Shown piece by piece: positions 27,206 to 36,135 of a DNA stretch of 64,000 nucleotides (its first letter is position 1; each line of letters opens with the position of its first letter). A program made the position numbers and the translations under genes. Source of the DNA: an uncultured Caldilineales bacterium (GTDB lineage Bacteria > Chloroflexota > Anaerolineae > JAAEKA01). The stretch is from NCBI GenBank assembly GCA_937907455.1, contig CALESQ010000082.1, positions 10,898 to 74,897 of the forward strand. The letters run 5' to 3'. Under the pieces are notes generated by a model. It made no database searches and had not been told where the DNA came from. It saw only the letters and a list, made by a program, of their open reading frames with translations.

Positions 27206-27710
27206 ACCTGCGATCCTGTTTGATCTGCCATTTAAGCGGGTTTTGGATGATATAACGGCGAATGGCGTGCAAGGCGCGCTGGTTGCGAATGATGCGTTCG
27301 TAATAGTTGCGTTTCCACACTGCGGTTCCCTGCGTCTTGCGCAGGCGGTTGATCTTGCGTGCAGATTCGGTTTTGAAACCGCGAATGACTTCGGTCACGC
27401 TATGACGTTTGGGCGCAGGGGTTCGCCGTGTGCGCGGTTCTTCCAGCAAGATAAAGATCGCGTGAATATGATCGGGCATCAACACAAATTGGTCTAGTTG
27501 TAAGTAGGGGTAGTGCTTGGGGAGCGCGGTGAGTACCATGTGTACCAGATGACCGTAACGACTGGGATGAAATACGCCATCCACAACGCTGCCGAGGATC
27601 GGCTTGCGGTTTTTAACAACGATGGTGATGAAGTAGCCCCCCGGTTGGCTGTAGTCATAACCCTTAAGACGGATGGAGCGCCGATGATGACGCGACGGAT
27701 CATATGGCAT
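27180..27710 (-). CDS. REP-associated tyrosine transposase (RAYT; IS200/IS605-like TnpA_REP)
   Basis: 176 aa from [12 protein letters not shown]; HIHAIF (HuH motif) and YYERIIRN (catalytic Tyr); GGAGGG RBS upstream. The listed 270-aa ORF continues into the REP array only because the repeats contain no stop codons. Confidence 0.8.
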   Translation of the reverse strand: MPYDPSRHHRRSIRLKGYDYSQPGGYFITIVVKNRKPILGSVVDGVFHPSRYGHLVHMVLTALPKHYPYLQLDQFVLMPDHIHAIFILLEEPRTRRTPAPKRHSVTEVIRGFKTESARKINRLRKTQGTAVWKRNYYERIIRNQRALHAIRRYIIQNPLKWQIKQDRRFKRRASAL

Positions 27711-27730
27711 GAGGTCCCTCCTGTCTGAGC

Positions 27731-28945
27731 GTGGAATCAGGGTCTGGGCAGGTGCGCCGTGGTAAGCGACGAATCCGCGTGAGCATGGGATCAGGGTCTG
27801 GGCAGGTGCGCCGTGGTAAGCGGCGAATCTGCGTGAGTGTGGGATCAGGGTCTGGGCAGGTGCGCCGTGGTAAGCGACGAATCCGCGTGAGCGTGGGATC
27901 AGGGTCTGAGGGCAGGTGCGCCGTGGTAAGCGACGAATCCGCGTGAGCGTGGATGCCGCCCTGGCAGCGAGTCGACGTCTGCGGCGGCGCACCTGCCCTC
28001 ACGCGTGGCGCCGTGGTAAGCGGCGAATCCGCGTGAGCGTGGAATCAGGGTCTGGGCAGGTGCGCCGTGGTAAGCGGCGAATCCGCGTGAGTGTGGATGC
28101 CGCCCTGGCAGCGAGTCGACGTCTGCGGCGGCGCACCTGCCCTCACGCGTGGCGCCGTGGTAAGCGGCGAATCCGCGTGAGCGTGGAATCAGGGTCTGGG
28201 CAGGTGCGCCGTGGTAAGCGGCGAATCCGCGTGAGTGTGGATGCCGCCCTGGCAGCGAGTCGACGTCTGCGGCGGCGCACCTGCCCTCACGCGGTGCGCC
28301 GTGGTAAGCGGCGAATCCGCGTGAGTGTGGATGCCGCCCTGGCAGCGAGTCGACGTCTGCGGCGGCGCACCTGCCCTCACGCGTGGCGCCGTGGTAAGCG
28401 GCGAATCCGCGTGAGCGTGGATGCCGCCCTGGCAGCGAGTCGACGTCTGCGGCGGCGCACCTGCCCTCACGCGTGGCGCCGTGGTAAGCGGCGAATCCGC
28501 GTGAGCGTGGAATCAGGGTCTGGGCAGGTGCGCCGTGGTAAGCGGCGAATCCGCGTGAGTGTGGATGCCGCCCTGGCAGCGAGTCGACGTCTGCGGCGGC
28601 GCACCTGCCCTCACGCGCGGCCCTGGCAGCGAGTCGACATCTGCGGCAGCGCACCTGCCCTCACGCGCGGCGCCGTGGTAAGCGACGAATCCGCGTGAGC
28701 GTGGATGCCGCCCTGGCAGCGAGTCGACGTCTGCGGCGGCGCACCTGCCCTCACGCGTGGCGCCGCGGTAAGCGACGAATCCGCGTGAGCGTGGATGCCG
28801 CCCTGGCAGCGAGTCGACATCTGCGGCGGCGCACCTGCCATCACGCGCGGCGCCGTGGTAAGCGACGAATCCGCGTGAGCGTGGATGCCGCCCTGGCAGC
28901 GAGTCGACGTCTGCGGCAGCGCACCTGCCCTCACGCGCGCGCTCG
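27731..28945. repeat. REP/REPIN (BIME-like) array of about 17 tandem units built from two unit types (about 54 nt and about 90 nt); both carry GGCAGGTGCGCCG or its reverse complement plus GTGG heads
   Basis: Seen directly. Unit A: gtggRatcagggtctgggcaggtgcgccgtggtaagcgRcgaatccgcgtgagc. Unit B: gtggatgccgccctggcagcgagtcgacgtctgcggcggcgcacctgccctcacgcgtggcgccgtggtaagcggcgaatccgcgtgagc. Inverted REP pairs form REPIN hairpins. The array is adjacent to the RAYT gene. Confidence 0.8.
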
Positions 28946-28950
28946 TGCCC

Positions 28951-29646
28951 TTACGGGGACGGAGGAGCTAGTGCTGCGCGCCGAGCGATGGCCGCTGTCG
29001 CGGCATCACGCACACGCCAGTCTTCACGTTTATCGTCGCGATGCGTAACCAGCGCTTTCTCAACCTCGGCATCGCCCCATTTAGCCAGCCCCAGCGCAGC
29101 GGCACGACGCACCATAGGAGTTTTATCACTGTTCAGCAGCTTCAACAACGTTACCTGCACATGCGGAGCTGCCGGCATACCATCTTTTGTAGCAGGCAGG
29201 GGAGCCATGCGCGCTAACGCTTCGCCAGCGCTTTGGCGTACCGCAGAGTCGCGACTGAGCAGCAGTACCACTAATGCCTCGACGCTGTCATCACGGGTGG
29301 GCATTGCACCCAACCCATCGGCAGCAGCGGCCTGTACCGCGGATTTTGGTGATGAAGCAGCTTTCAGCAACACAGCTCGACTTGCACTGCTATCTAGTGC
29401 AGCCAGCGTCAACGCAGCTTCCGAACGCACAATCGGATCAGCCGCATCCAGCAGATCGCCCAATGCGGTGATTTCGTCGCGCCCTGCACCGGTCTCGATC
29501 AGAGTTCGCATGGCGTGCAGACAACGCGCGGCATAGCCGCTGGTCAGATCGGCCAGCAACGCGTGCCGCTGCGCGGCATCCAGCTTACGTCCTGCCGTAT
29601 CAACAGCAGCGATGCGTTGGAACCAGGTTTGAATTGTTTGTAGCAT
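28951..29646 (-). CDS. HEAT-repeat (PBS lyase-like) protein
   Basis: 231 aa of repeated A.VR..AA.ALG helical units. Confidence 0.55.
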   Translation of the reverse strand: MLQTIQTWFQRIAAVDTAGRKLDAAQRHALLADLTSGYAARCLHAMRTLIETGAGRDEITALGDLLDAADPIVRSEAALTLAALDSSASRAVLLKAASSPKSAVQAAAADGLGAMPTRDDSVEALVVLLLSRDSAVRQSAGEALARMAPLPATKDGMPAAPHVQVTLLKLLNSDKTPMVRRAAALGLAKWGDAEVEKALVTHRDDKREDWRVRDAATAAIARRAALAPPSP

Positions 29647-29663
29647 AGTTTGGAAGCAACCGA

Positions 29664-30050
29664 TTAGCCCAGAAAAAGATCACGTGTTTGGTCTTGCAAC
29701 AACACGTACAGGATGGCACCGCCAGCAATCGGACCAAGCGGGATGAGCGGCATTTGCAAAACCGCGGCAATCATAGCCCACAGCCTGCCCCACGGCTTGA
29801 GCTGCCATAACCCCCAGCCAATAGCCAGGCTGCCGATGCCAATCACCGCCAGCAAACCGCCGATGCCCAGCAAACTGAGCGCCAAAAACCAATCAGGCAG
29901 GCGCAGCAAAAAGGCACTGGAACCGGTGGCTCTGGCGCTGAGAGGGACAAAAATGGCTGCAATAGCACTAAGCACAAAGAAGCCGCCAAACAGAAAGTAG
30001 TAGGCAGCGATCAGATTAGTCTTGGTGGAAACAGTGGCGCGCATGGGCAA
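29664..30050 (-). CDS. hypothetical integral membrane protein (4 TM)
   Basis: 128-aa hydrophobic ORF; no recognisable motif. Confidence 0.4.
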   Translation of the reverse strand: MPMRATVSTKTNLIAAYYFLFGGFFVLSAIAAIFVPLSARATGSSAFLLRLPDWFLALSLLGIGGLLAVIGIGSLAIGWGLWQLKPWGRLWAMIAAVLQMPLIPLGPIAGGAILYVLLQDQTRDLFLG

Positions 30051-30123
30051 ATAGTGCGGCTATGAGCTAGTAAGGGTGTACCGTGACGAAGATCGGCGTA
30101 GTTCGCCAATCCTTCAGCTTCGG

Positions 30124-31275
30124 CTATGGACTGACCTGCACGAAGGCGTTGTCTTTTACCTGAAAGATATACACCGTAGGATCGGTCAGATCGCCCTGTG
30201 CGTTGTAGGTGAGCTTGCCCAACAGCGCATTGATGGTGCCGCCGTGCAGGGCATCGGCAATTTTCGCAGCATCCAGCGAGTTAGCCTTTTTTACCCCTTC
30301 AGCCAGCAGCATCACCGCGCTGTAGCCGTTGATGCTATAGGTGTCGGGGTTGCGGAAATCAATAGCCTGATAGTCTTTAATCCATTGAGCATCGGCTACA
30401 GTACCGGGGCTGGGTGCGAACGAACTGACATACATGCCCTCGGCTGCACCCGCGGCCTCGTCAATGGTAGCCGCCAGAAAGGCTCCGTCTGAAGCGAGCA
30501 TGGGCACAGCAACCCCAGCCTTCACCAGCGCAGCGCGCAGATAGGGGGCTTCAATCTCATAACCGGCATAGAAAATAGCATCCGGTGCAGCGCCTTGCAC
30601 GGCCGTTACCTCGGCGTCGTAGCGTTCCTGACCTTCTGCCACCTGGCGGGTGAGTACCACCTGTGCCCCCAGCCCGGCCAATGCCTGGCTGATCTCTTTG
30701 CCAAGACCTACACCATATTCGGTGTCGTTATGTAGCACAGCGATGCGTTTGGCTTTCAGAGTGTTCACCAGAAAACCGGCGTCTACCTGCGCCTGCACGG
30801 CATCATTGGCATTGACGCGGAAGAAATTGCGATAGCCACGTTGGGAAATAGAAGTTTCAGACGCGGTCGGAGTAACGACGATCAACGGAAGATTGCGGTA
30901 GATCTCCATAGCTGCCAGGGTTTGGCCGCTGTTGTAATGACCCACCACGCCCAACACACGGTCACCGCGCGCCACGGCATCACCTACCTCACCAGCTACC
31001 GCCACCGCCACATCAGAGTCGGATTCATCATCTACCGGCACGATCTTCACAGTGTAGCCCAGCAAGCCGCCCTGCTGATTAAGCTTAGCTGCGGCCAGTT
31101 TGGCCCCGCCCAACACCGTTTGCCCGCCGTTGGCCTGAAACCCGGTGAGCGGCGCGGCGACGTAGATTGTCACTTCACCCTTCGATTTTTGTCCGCCGCA
31201 GCCGCTTAGCAGTAGCAGCAGCAGCAGCAAGCCAATCAGCCTTTTTCGCATCATACGTCTCCTTGTTCTCAGCAA
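30124..31275 (-). CDS. branched-chain amino acid ABC transporter substrate-binding lipoprotein (LivJ/LivK family)
   Basis: Lipobox LLLLLSGCGG; periplasmic-binding-protein type I fold motifs throughout. Confidence 0.8.
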   Translation of the reverse strand: MLRTRRRMMRKRLIGLLLLLLLLSGCGGQKSKGEVTIYVAAPLTGFQANGGQTVLGGAKLAAAKLNQQGGLLGYTVKIVPVDDESDSDVAVAVAGEVGDAVARGDRVLGVVGHYNSGQTLAAMEIYRNLPLIVVTPTASETSISQRGYRNFFRVNANDAVQAQVDAGFLVNTLKAKRIAVLHNDTEYGVGLGKEISQALAGLGAQVVLTRQVAEGQERYDAEVTAVQGAAPDAIFYAGYEIEAPYLRAALVKAGVAVPMLASDGAFLAATIDEAAGAAEGMYVSSFAPSPGTVADAQWIKDYQAIDFRNPDTYSINGYSAVMLLAEGVKKANSLDAAKIADALHGGTINALLGKLTYNAQGDLTDPTVYIFQVKDNAFVQVSP

Positions 31276-31337
31276 CCGGTGACCAGTTTACAGTGCTTGA
31301 TAGGACTGCATACTACCTACTGGACACCGGTTATTGT

Positions 31338-32204
31338 TTATTTTCCTGTTCCCAGCGTGCGGTAGTCGTAGACCTCGTTGATCGAATCTACCACGTCCTG
31401 CAAGCTGGATACTTCTCCGGCGATATCAGCGCGCAGCCGTTCGGCACGGTCGCTGTCCACATCTTTGGAATTGAGCAGCAGCAGTTGGCTGTATACCGTA
31501 CCCAGTGAAGCCAGCGAGCTGTCAAGTTGCAAGTCAGCGCGCTTCATTCGATTCTCCAATTCATTGATGTTTTCAGCCAGGCGACGTTGATCGGCCAGGG
31601 TGGTTTCGATCTGTCGGCGCACGCGTTCATCTGCCTCGCGCTGCAAGCGCGCCTCCAGCGAAGGGATGCTCTTAGCCAGTTCTTCGCGATCCCCCTTGAT
31701 AATCGGGTCACCGCGATACGAATCGAGCCGCCGCGCCAGCCGCACCATGTTGCCGATCCAGTCATAGATCTCGCTGGTAGTGCGCTGCATACGATCTTTA
31801 AGCACACCATCCTTTTGCGTCTTGACCGTGTTTTTGATCTGTTGATGATAATCCTCGGCTTTGCCCAGCTTGGTCTTCAGCCGTGAATCGCGCAGGCCGC
31901 CGCTGTCATACTTCTCGTGAAACAACCGGTCTACGGCACGGTCACGCTCATCCTGGTCGTTGATGGCGCTGAACGACACCGTGGCGACACCGGCTGCACC
32001 CAGCGCCAACCATGTCCATGCTCCCCACCAGGGAGCCAGATCGGGCAGGGGATGCGGCAAAAAGAAGGCCAACAGCAACGCGCCGGCCAACAAAATGGCG
32101 TTTTCAGGGCGGATGAAGGCATGTTCCAGCACCGCACGCCGCGCCTGACGTTCAACAGTTTCGTGGATAGAGTCGCCGGGCATTCGAAGTCCTTGGCTCA
32201 ACAA
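31338..32204 (-). CDS. membrane-anchored coiled-coil protein (two N-terminal TM helices, XpaC/TelA-like architecture)
   Basis: 288 aa; two TM segments followed by a long charged, heptad-rich region; overlaps the upstream vWA gene by 2 nt, suggesting an operon. Confidence 0.4.
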   Translation of the reverse strand: MLSQGLRMPGDSIHETVERQARRAVLEHAFIRPENAILLAGALLLAFFLPHPLPDLAPWWGAWTWLALGAAGVATVSFSAINDQDERDRAVDRLFHEKYDSGGLRDSRLKTKLGKAEDYHQQIKNTVKTQKDGVLKDRMQRTTSEIYDWIGNMVRLARRLDSYRGDPIIKGDREELAKSIPSLEARLQREADERVRRQIETTLADQRRLAENINELENRMKRADLQLDSSLASLGTVYSQLLLLNSKDVDSDRAERLRADIAGEVSSLQDVVDSINEVYDYRTLGTGK

Positions 32205-32206
32205 AA

Positions 32207-33940
32207 TTAAAAATACGAACTTAACAGACGATACAACTGGCGGATGGTGGTCAGATCACCTTCACGCAGTTGACCGCCGCTGCTTTCAGCCAGAGTGCTT
32301 AGCATCACGCGGTCGGCATCCTCACCAAAAGCAATGGCAAAGATCACTACCGGAACCCCCTGCGCGTTGCCGGTCTGAATCTCGCGTACCAACTGCGATA
32401 GCGAGGTAGCCGAGTTGTTTTCCAAGCCGTCGGTCATCACCACAATCGCATTGATGCGTTCGGGGTCGTTCTCGCGTTGCAAGCGGATATAGGCAGCGCG
32501 CACGCCATCGAGCAATGCGGTATCACCGATGGCTTCCAGCGTGTCCACAGCCCCTTCCAGGCGGGCGCGGTTTTCGCCCAGCGGAGCCAGCGGCTCGATG
32601 TTGTTCACCGTGCTGCTGAACTCTACCAAGCCAAGCTGTTCCTGGTCGCCTTTGATCTGGCGCAGGAACTCGCGCAGCGCAGTTTGAGCCGCGGCCAGCT
32701 TGTCGCCTTGCATGCTGCCGCTGGTATCTATCACCAAAAAGACGTTGGCCTTGCGCTTGGTGTATTGCCAGACGTTCTGCACCACATCTACCACCGCCGG
32801 ACCCGGCACTTGCAGCGTGGTTTGCGGCTGCGTGGCATCCACCCCGTTGCCCGCATTGATGGGGCTGCCCTCCAGCGACAGGGTGAGATCGGCGGGGCGA
32901 AAACCGGCCTGTAGCACAGTCTGCTGTGCCGCAGATGATTGTACAAAGTCACGCAGCGCGCGCCACGTTTGCCGCTGATTATCAGTGAGCGTGCCGGTTT
33001 CCAGCAGCGCCAGCGGATGATCAGCCCATAGCGTGCCTTCGGCAGGGTACAGCGCCACCAACCGATCGTTCGGCTGCTGCCGGTTGTAGTTCACCACAAG
33101 GTGTTCCTGCACCACAAAGGCATCCAGAAAGTCCTTGCCTTCCTGGCGGATGCGCTGCATCACCGTGGCTTCGCCTTCACCGTAAAATTTCACCGTGCGC
33201 TCGATGGCTGCCACATAGTCCAGAGTCACCTGATCCGTAGCATCCTGCTCGGTGAGACCGCGCGTTTTTCCCGCACCGGCATAGAATTCGGCTAACGTAG
33301 CCAGCAGGCCACTGGCCACATTGGTGCTGGGATGGCTCCAGCGGAAGGCGGCATCGTTGGCCGCGCGGCTTTGGATGCTGTGCCAGCCAACAGGTTGAGT
33401 GGGCCAGCCCAGGTCACGCGCCACGGTATCCCAGGCGGCAATCACCACCGGGCTGACGGCAAAACGTACCGCTTCGCCCACGCGCGAAGGCGCGATAGCC
33501 CCTTCACCCACGGCTTGCAGCTCGCCCCAGCGCCGATCAAGCTGATCCAGCCACAGGCTAGAGTCGGGGCTGATCACCTGAAACGCGGGCACGGCCAACG
33601 CTTCTTCAATCATCACATCGGGGGTCAGCTCTACCAACAGCACCTGCATGGTGCGACGGTCAGCAGTGCGCAGCTTTTGCTGGTTGAATTGATCGGCCAA
33701 TGCAGTCATCAGTGCGGCCTTGTCGGGAGTGTAGGCCACGGTGAGAATGGGATTTTCGAGATCGGCTGACGGCGTGCTGCTGGTCTGAACGGTTGAATCC
33801 GAACGGTTCCAGAGTGTGAGTATACTGCACAGGCAAACAAACGCCACCAGCAACACAGCGATCAGCACCACGGCCAGCGTGCCCTGAGTTTTTTGCGCCT
33901 GGGAAGCAGACGTGCTTCGCCTCTGTTTCGCCTTGGTCAT
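32207..33940 (-). CDS. membrane-anchored protein with a solute-binding-like N-domain and a C-terminal von Willebrand factor A domain
   Basis: N-terminal TM helix; MIDAS motif DTSGSM, then TDG, in the C-terminal ~190 aa. Confidence 0.65.
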   Translation of the reverse strand: MTKAKQRRSTSASQAQKTQGTLAVVLIAVLLVAFVCLCSILTLWNRSDSTVQTSSTPSADLENPILTVAYTPDKAALMTALADQFNQQKLRTADRRTMQVLLVELTPDVMIEEALAVPAFQVISPDSSLWLDQLDRRWGELQAVGEGAIAPSRVGEAVRFAVSPVVIAAWDTVARDLGWPTQPVGWHSIQSRAANDAAFRWSHPSTNVASGLLATLAEFYAGAGKTRGLTEQDATDQVTLDYVAAIERTVKFYGEGEATVMQRIRQEGKDFLDAFVVQEHLVVNYNRQQPNDRLVALYPAEGTLWADHPLALLETGTLTDNQRQTWRALRDFVQSSAAQQTVLQAGFRPADLTLSLEGSPINAGNGVDATQPQTTLQVPGPAVVDVVQNVWQYTKRKANVFLVIDTSGSMQGDKLAAAQTALREFLRQIKGDQEQLGLVEFSSTVNNIEPLAPLGENRARLEGAVDTLEAIGDTALLDGVRAAYIRLQRENDPERINAIVVMTDGLENNSATSLSQLVREIQTGNAQGVPVVIFAIAFGEDADRVMLSTLAESSGGQLREGDLTTIRQLYRLLSSYF

Positions 33941-33950
33941 AGAATTACCC

Positions 33951-35201
33951 TCAACGTGCCACGTTCAGATCAAACCAGCGCAGCAGCGCCAGCAGCACCT
34001 CACGATCAGGCGCGCGCATGGCATCGGTGCGCGAAACAATTGGCGCTACGCCCTGGGCGGCCCAGCGGGTAAAGGGGCTGTCTGGCTGATCTACTGAAAC
34101 CTCTGAGTTGACCGGGCGCAGGCCATAGGAAACAGCCCGGGCTTGCACCTCGGCCGAAAGCAAGTAGCGCTGGAACTCCAGGGCGGCGTTCTTTTGGGCG
34201 GCGCTGGTTTCCGGGCCAATCCAAATGGTAAAGGGAAAGTCAAACCAGGTGACATAGCGCGGATAAAAGATCTGCAATGCTTCGCCCCAACGGGTTTGAA
34301 TGCCAGCCATATTCTTCAGCAGGTCGGCCTCCAGCAGTTGGCCGCCGTCGCCTGCCGAATAGCCAAACAGGGCAAAATCTTCGGCAGTATAAGCGCTGCC
34401 GCCGCTAAGGTCGGTAGTGCTGGACATCAGCTCGCCCAGCCATTTCTGAAAGGCCGGATCGCTGACCTCGGTCATGCCGATATTGGTGGTATTGAAGTAT
34501 TCGCCGGCCGCGGCCACCATCGCCGCCAGGCCGCCGACATTTTTGCGCGGGTTGGGCACCACCAGCTTGAAAAAGCCCCATTCCGGCTGACCACCCAATG
34601 CCGGCCAGCCACCCGGGTCAATGGCGGCATCGTGGATAACGTTCCAGTTAATGTCACCGACTTTGGCGCTCAACGCAGTGGCGCGGCTTTGGTACAGGCC
34701 CCAGGTGAACAGGCTAAGAGCAATAGGCCGGGCGCGGTATTCGCCATCGGTGAGGAACACGTCGCGGCCCAGCCGCTCTTTGTAGGTCACGTTAGCCAAT
34801 TCAGGCAGATAGCGGCTGTCGGGGATCCAGGCTGTGGGAAAGCGCGCCAACGCCTGCTTTTGCTGGTCGGTCAGGGCTTGCAGATCGGCATCAGCAGGCA
34901 GAGCGCCGAATTCATCGCGATCGAACCGGCCCAGGGCCGCCAGGCCATCCACCGAGATGATCTCAACCTCGATGACATTGCCATCCAGCTCGTGCTTTTC
35001 CGCATTGAATTGTTTGGCAGCGTCGTTGACCCAATCATAGACTGGCAGCGCGGTCAATACCCGCACTGCGACCGGCCCTCGCTGCGGGGTTGCCAAAGAG
35101 GTGCCGCTCTGGTTGCCGGTGGTGCGCAACAAAGCAGCCGCGCCCACAACCAACAGGGCAGCTACAATGATGACAACGAAAATCACACGGGTTCGGTTCA
35201 T
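33951..35201 (-). CDS. membrane-anchored extracellular solute-binding-like protein
   Basis: N-terminal TM helix; periplasmic-binding-protein-like domain; paralogous to the N-domain of the vWA protein. Confidence 0.5.
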   Translation of the reverse strand: MNRTRVIFVVIIVAALLVVGAAALLRTTGNQSGTSLATPQRGPVAVRVLTALPVYDWVNDAAKQFNAEKHELDGNVIEVEIISVDGLAALGRFDRDEFGALPADADLQALTDQQKQALARFPTAWIPDSRYLPELANVTYKERLGRDVFLTDGEYRARPIALSLFTWGLYQSRATALSAKVGDINWNVIHDAAIDPGGWPALGGQPEWGFFKLVVPNPRKNVGGLAAMVAAAGEYFNTTNIGMTEVSDPAFQKWLGELMSSTTDLSGGSAYTAEDFALFGYSAGDGGQLLEADLLKNMAGIQTRWGEALQIFYPRYVTWFDFPFTIWIGPETSAAQKNAALEFQRYLLSAEVQARAVSYGLRPVNSEVSVDQPDSPFTRWAAQGVAPIVSRTDAMRAPDREVLLALLRWFDLNVAR

Positions 35202-35265
35202 CGTTATTCTCCGCGATGGTACGCGATCCGAACCATGAAGGCTCGGATCGCGCCTAAACAGCCGC

Positions 35266-35952
35266 TTATCCTTGTTCAGACAATCCCAGGCGGCGCTTGC
35301 GTTCGATCAGGGCCGCATCAATTTCGGTGCGATCCAGCACCTGATCCATCTGCTTATCCAGGCTGGAGGCCAGCATTTCGCTTTCGGCAGAGGCCTTGTC
35401 CAGGCGGGCACGCACGGCATCGGCTACGCGCGCTACATCGGTATCGCCAGACCCGGCCAGATCGTCCAGGCTGCGCATGGCCTTGTTGCTGAGTTCCTTG
35501 GCGCGTGCCAGCTCCATCAGGGCTTGCAGCTCTTCTTTTTCCTGCACGGTTGTGGCCAGCTTGGCTTCCAGCTTGGTTTTGGCGCTGCGCAGGGCATCGT
35601 ATTCCTGTTCCAGCTGCTGAAGCTGCTTGTCGTAGCTTTCCACCGTGCGCTGTGTAGAGTTGAACTTGGCCTGCGCGGCTACAGCCAACGACTCGTTGCC
35701 TTCGGTGAGGAAGATATCTATGTTGCGGTCAAGCTGAGCTGCCTTGTCGCGATACTCGTCACGCTTGCGGCGAATGGTCTTCACCTGGCCGCCCACAGTG
35801 GCTACGGCATCGTTCAGGTCTTCCAGGTTGTTTTCAATCTCGCGAATATACTGGTTGACCACTGCCACCGAATTGGATTTCAAAGCCTGATCGGCCAGGT
35901 AGTGCAGGTTAGCCTTGATGAGAATTTGTACTTTTTCCAGCAGAGATGCCAT
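35266..35952 (-). CDS. pspA: PspA/IM30/Vipp1 family protein
   Basis: MASLLEKVQILIKANLHYLADQA... coiled-coil; GGAGG RBS 9 nt upstream of the ATG at complement 35952 (the listed ORF starts earlier). Confidence 0.8.
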   Translation of the reverse strand: MASLLEKVQILIKANLHYLADQALKSNSVAVVNQYIREIENNLEDLNDAVATVGGQVKTIRRKRDEYRDKAAQLDRNIDIFLTEGNESLAVAAQAKFNSTQRTVESYDKQLQQLEQEYDALRSAKTKLEAKLATTVQEKEELQALMELARAKELSNKAMRSLDDLAGSGDTDVARVADAVRARLDKASAESEMLASSLDKQMDQVLDRTEIDAALIERKRRLGLSEQG

Positions 35953-36135
35953 GAGAGATGCCTCCAGAGTTGTGATAGGTAATATGTAACTGTCACAGAG
36001 CATCTTCGCGGTTTAGCTTGGTGGGAGATTGCAAACCATCCCGAAAAGCCGGCCAGAGCGAAGATGTGTCTTAACGGTTACTGACACGAAGCTCGTTTTG
36101 CACGAGGGCTGATAGACTGCTTGCCTGTTGCCATG

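Noticed and set aside
27731-28945. Possible CRISPR array, and long repetitive ORFs (for example 27899-28654 and 27916-28698)
   Set aside because: The repeats are two alternating unit types with no unique spacers, and they are palindromic and adjacent to a RAYT gene, which is characteristic of REP/REPIN arrays. The ORFs are frame-independent repeats of RRGKRRIRVS-type peptides produced by the DNA periodicity.
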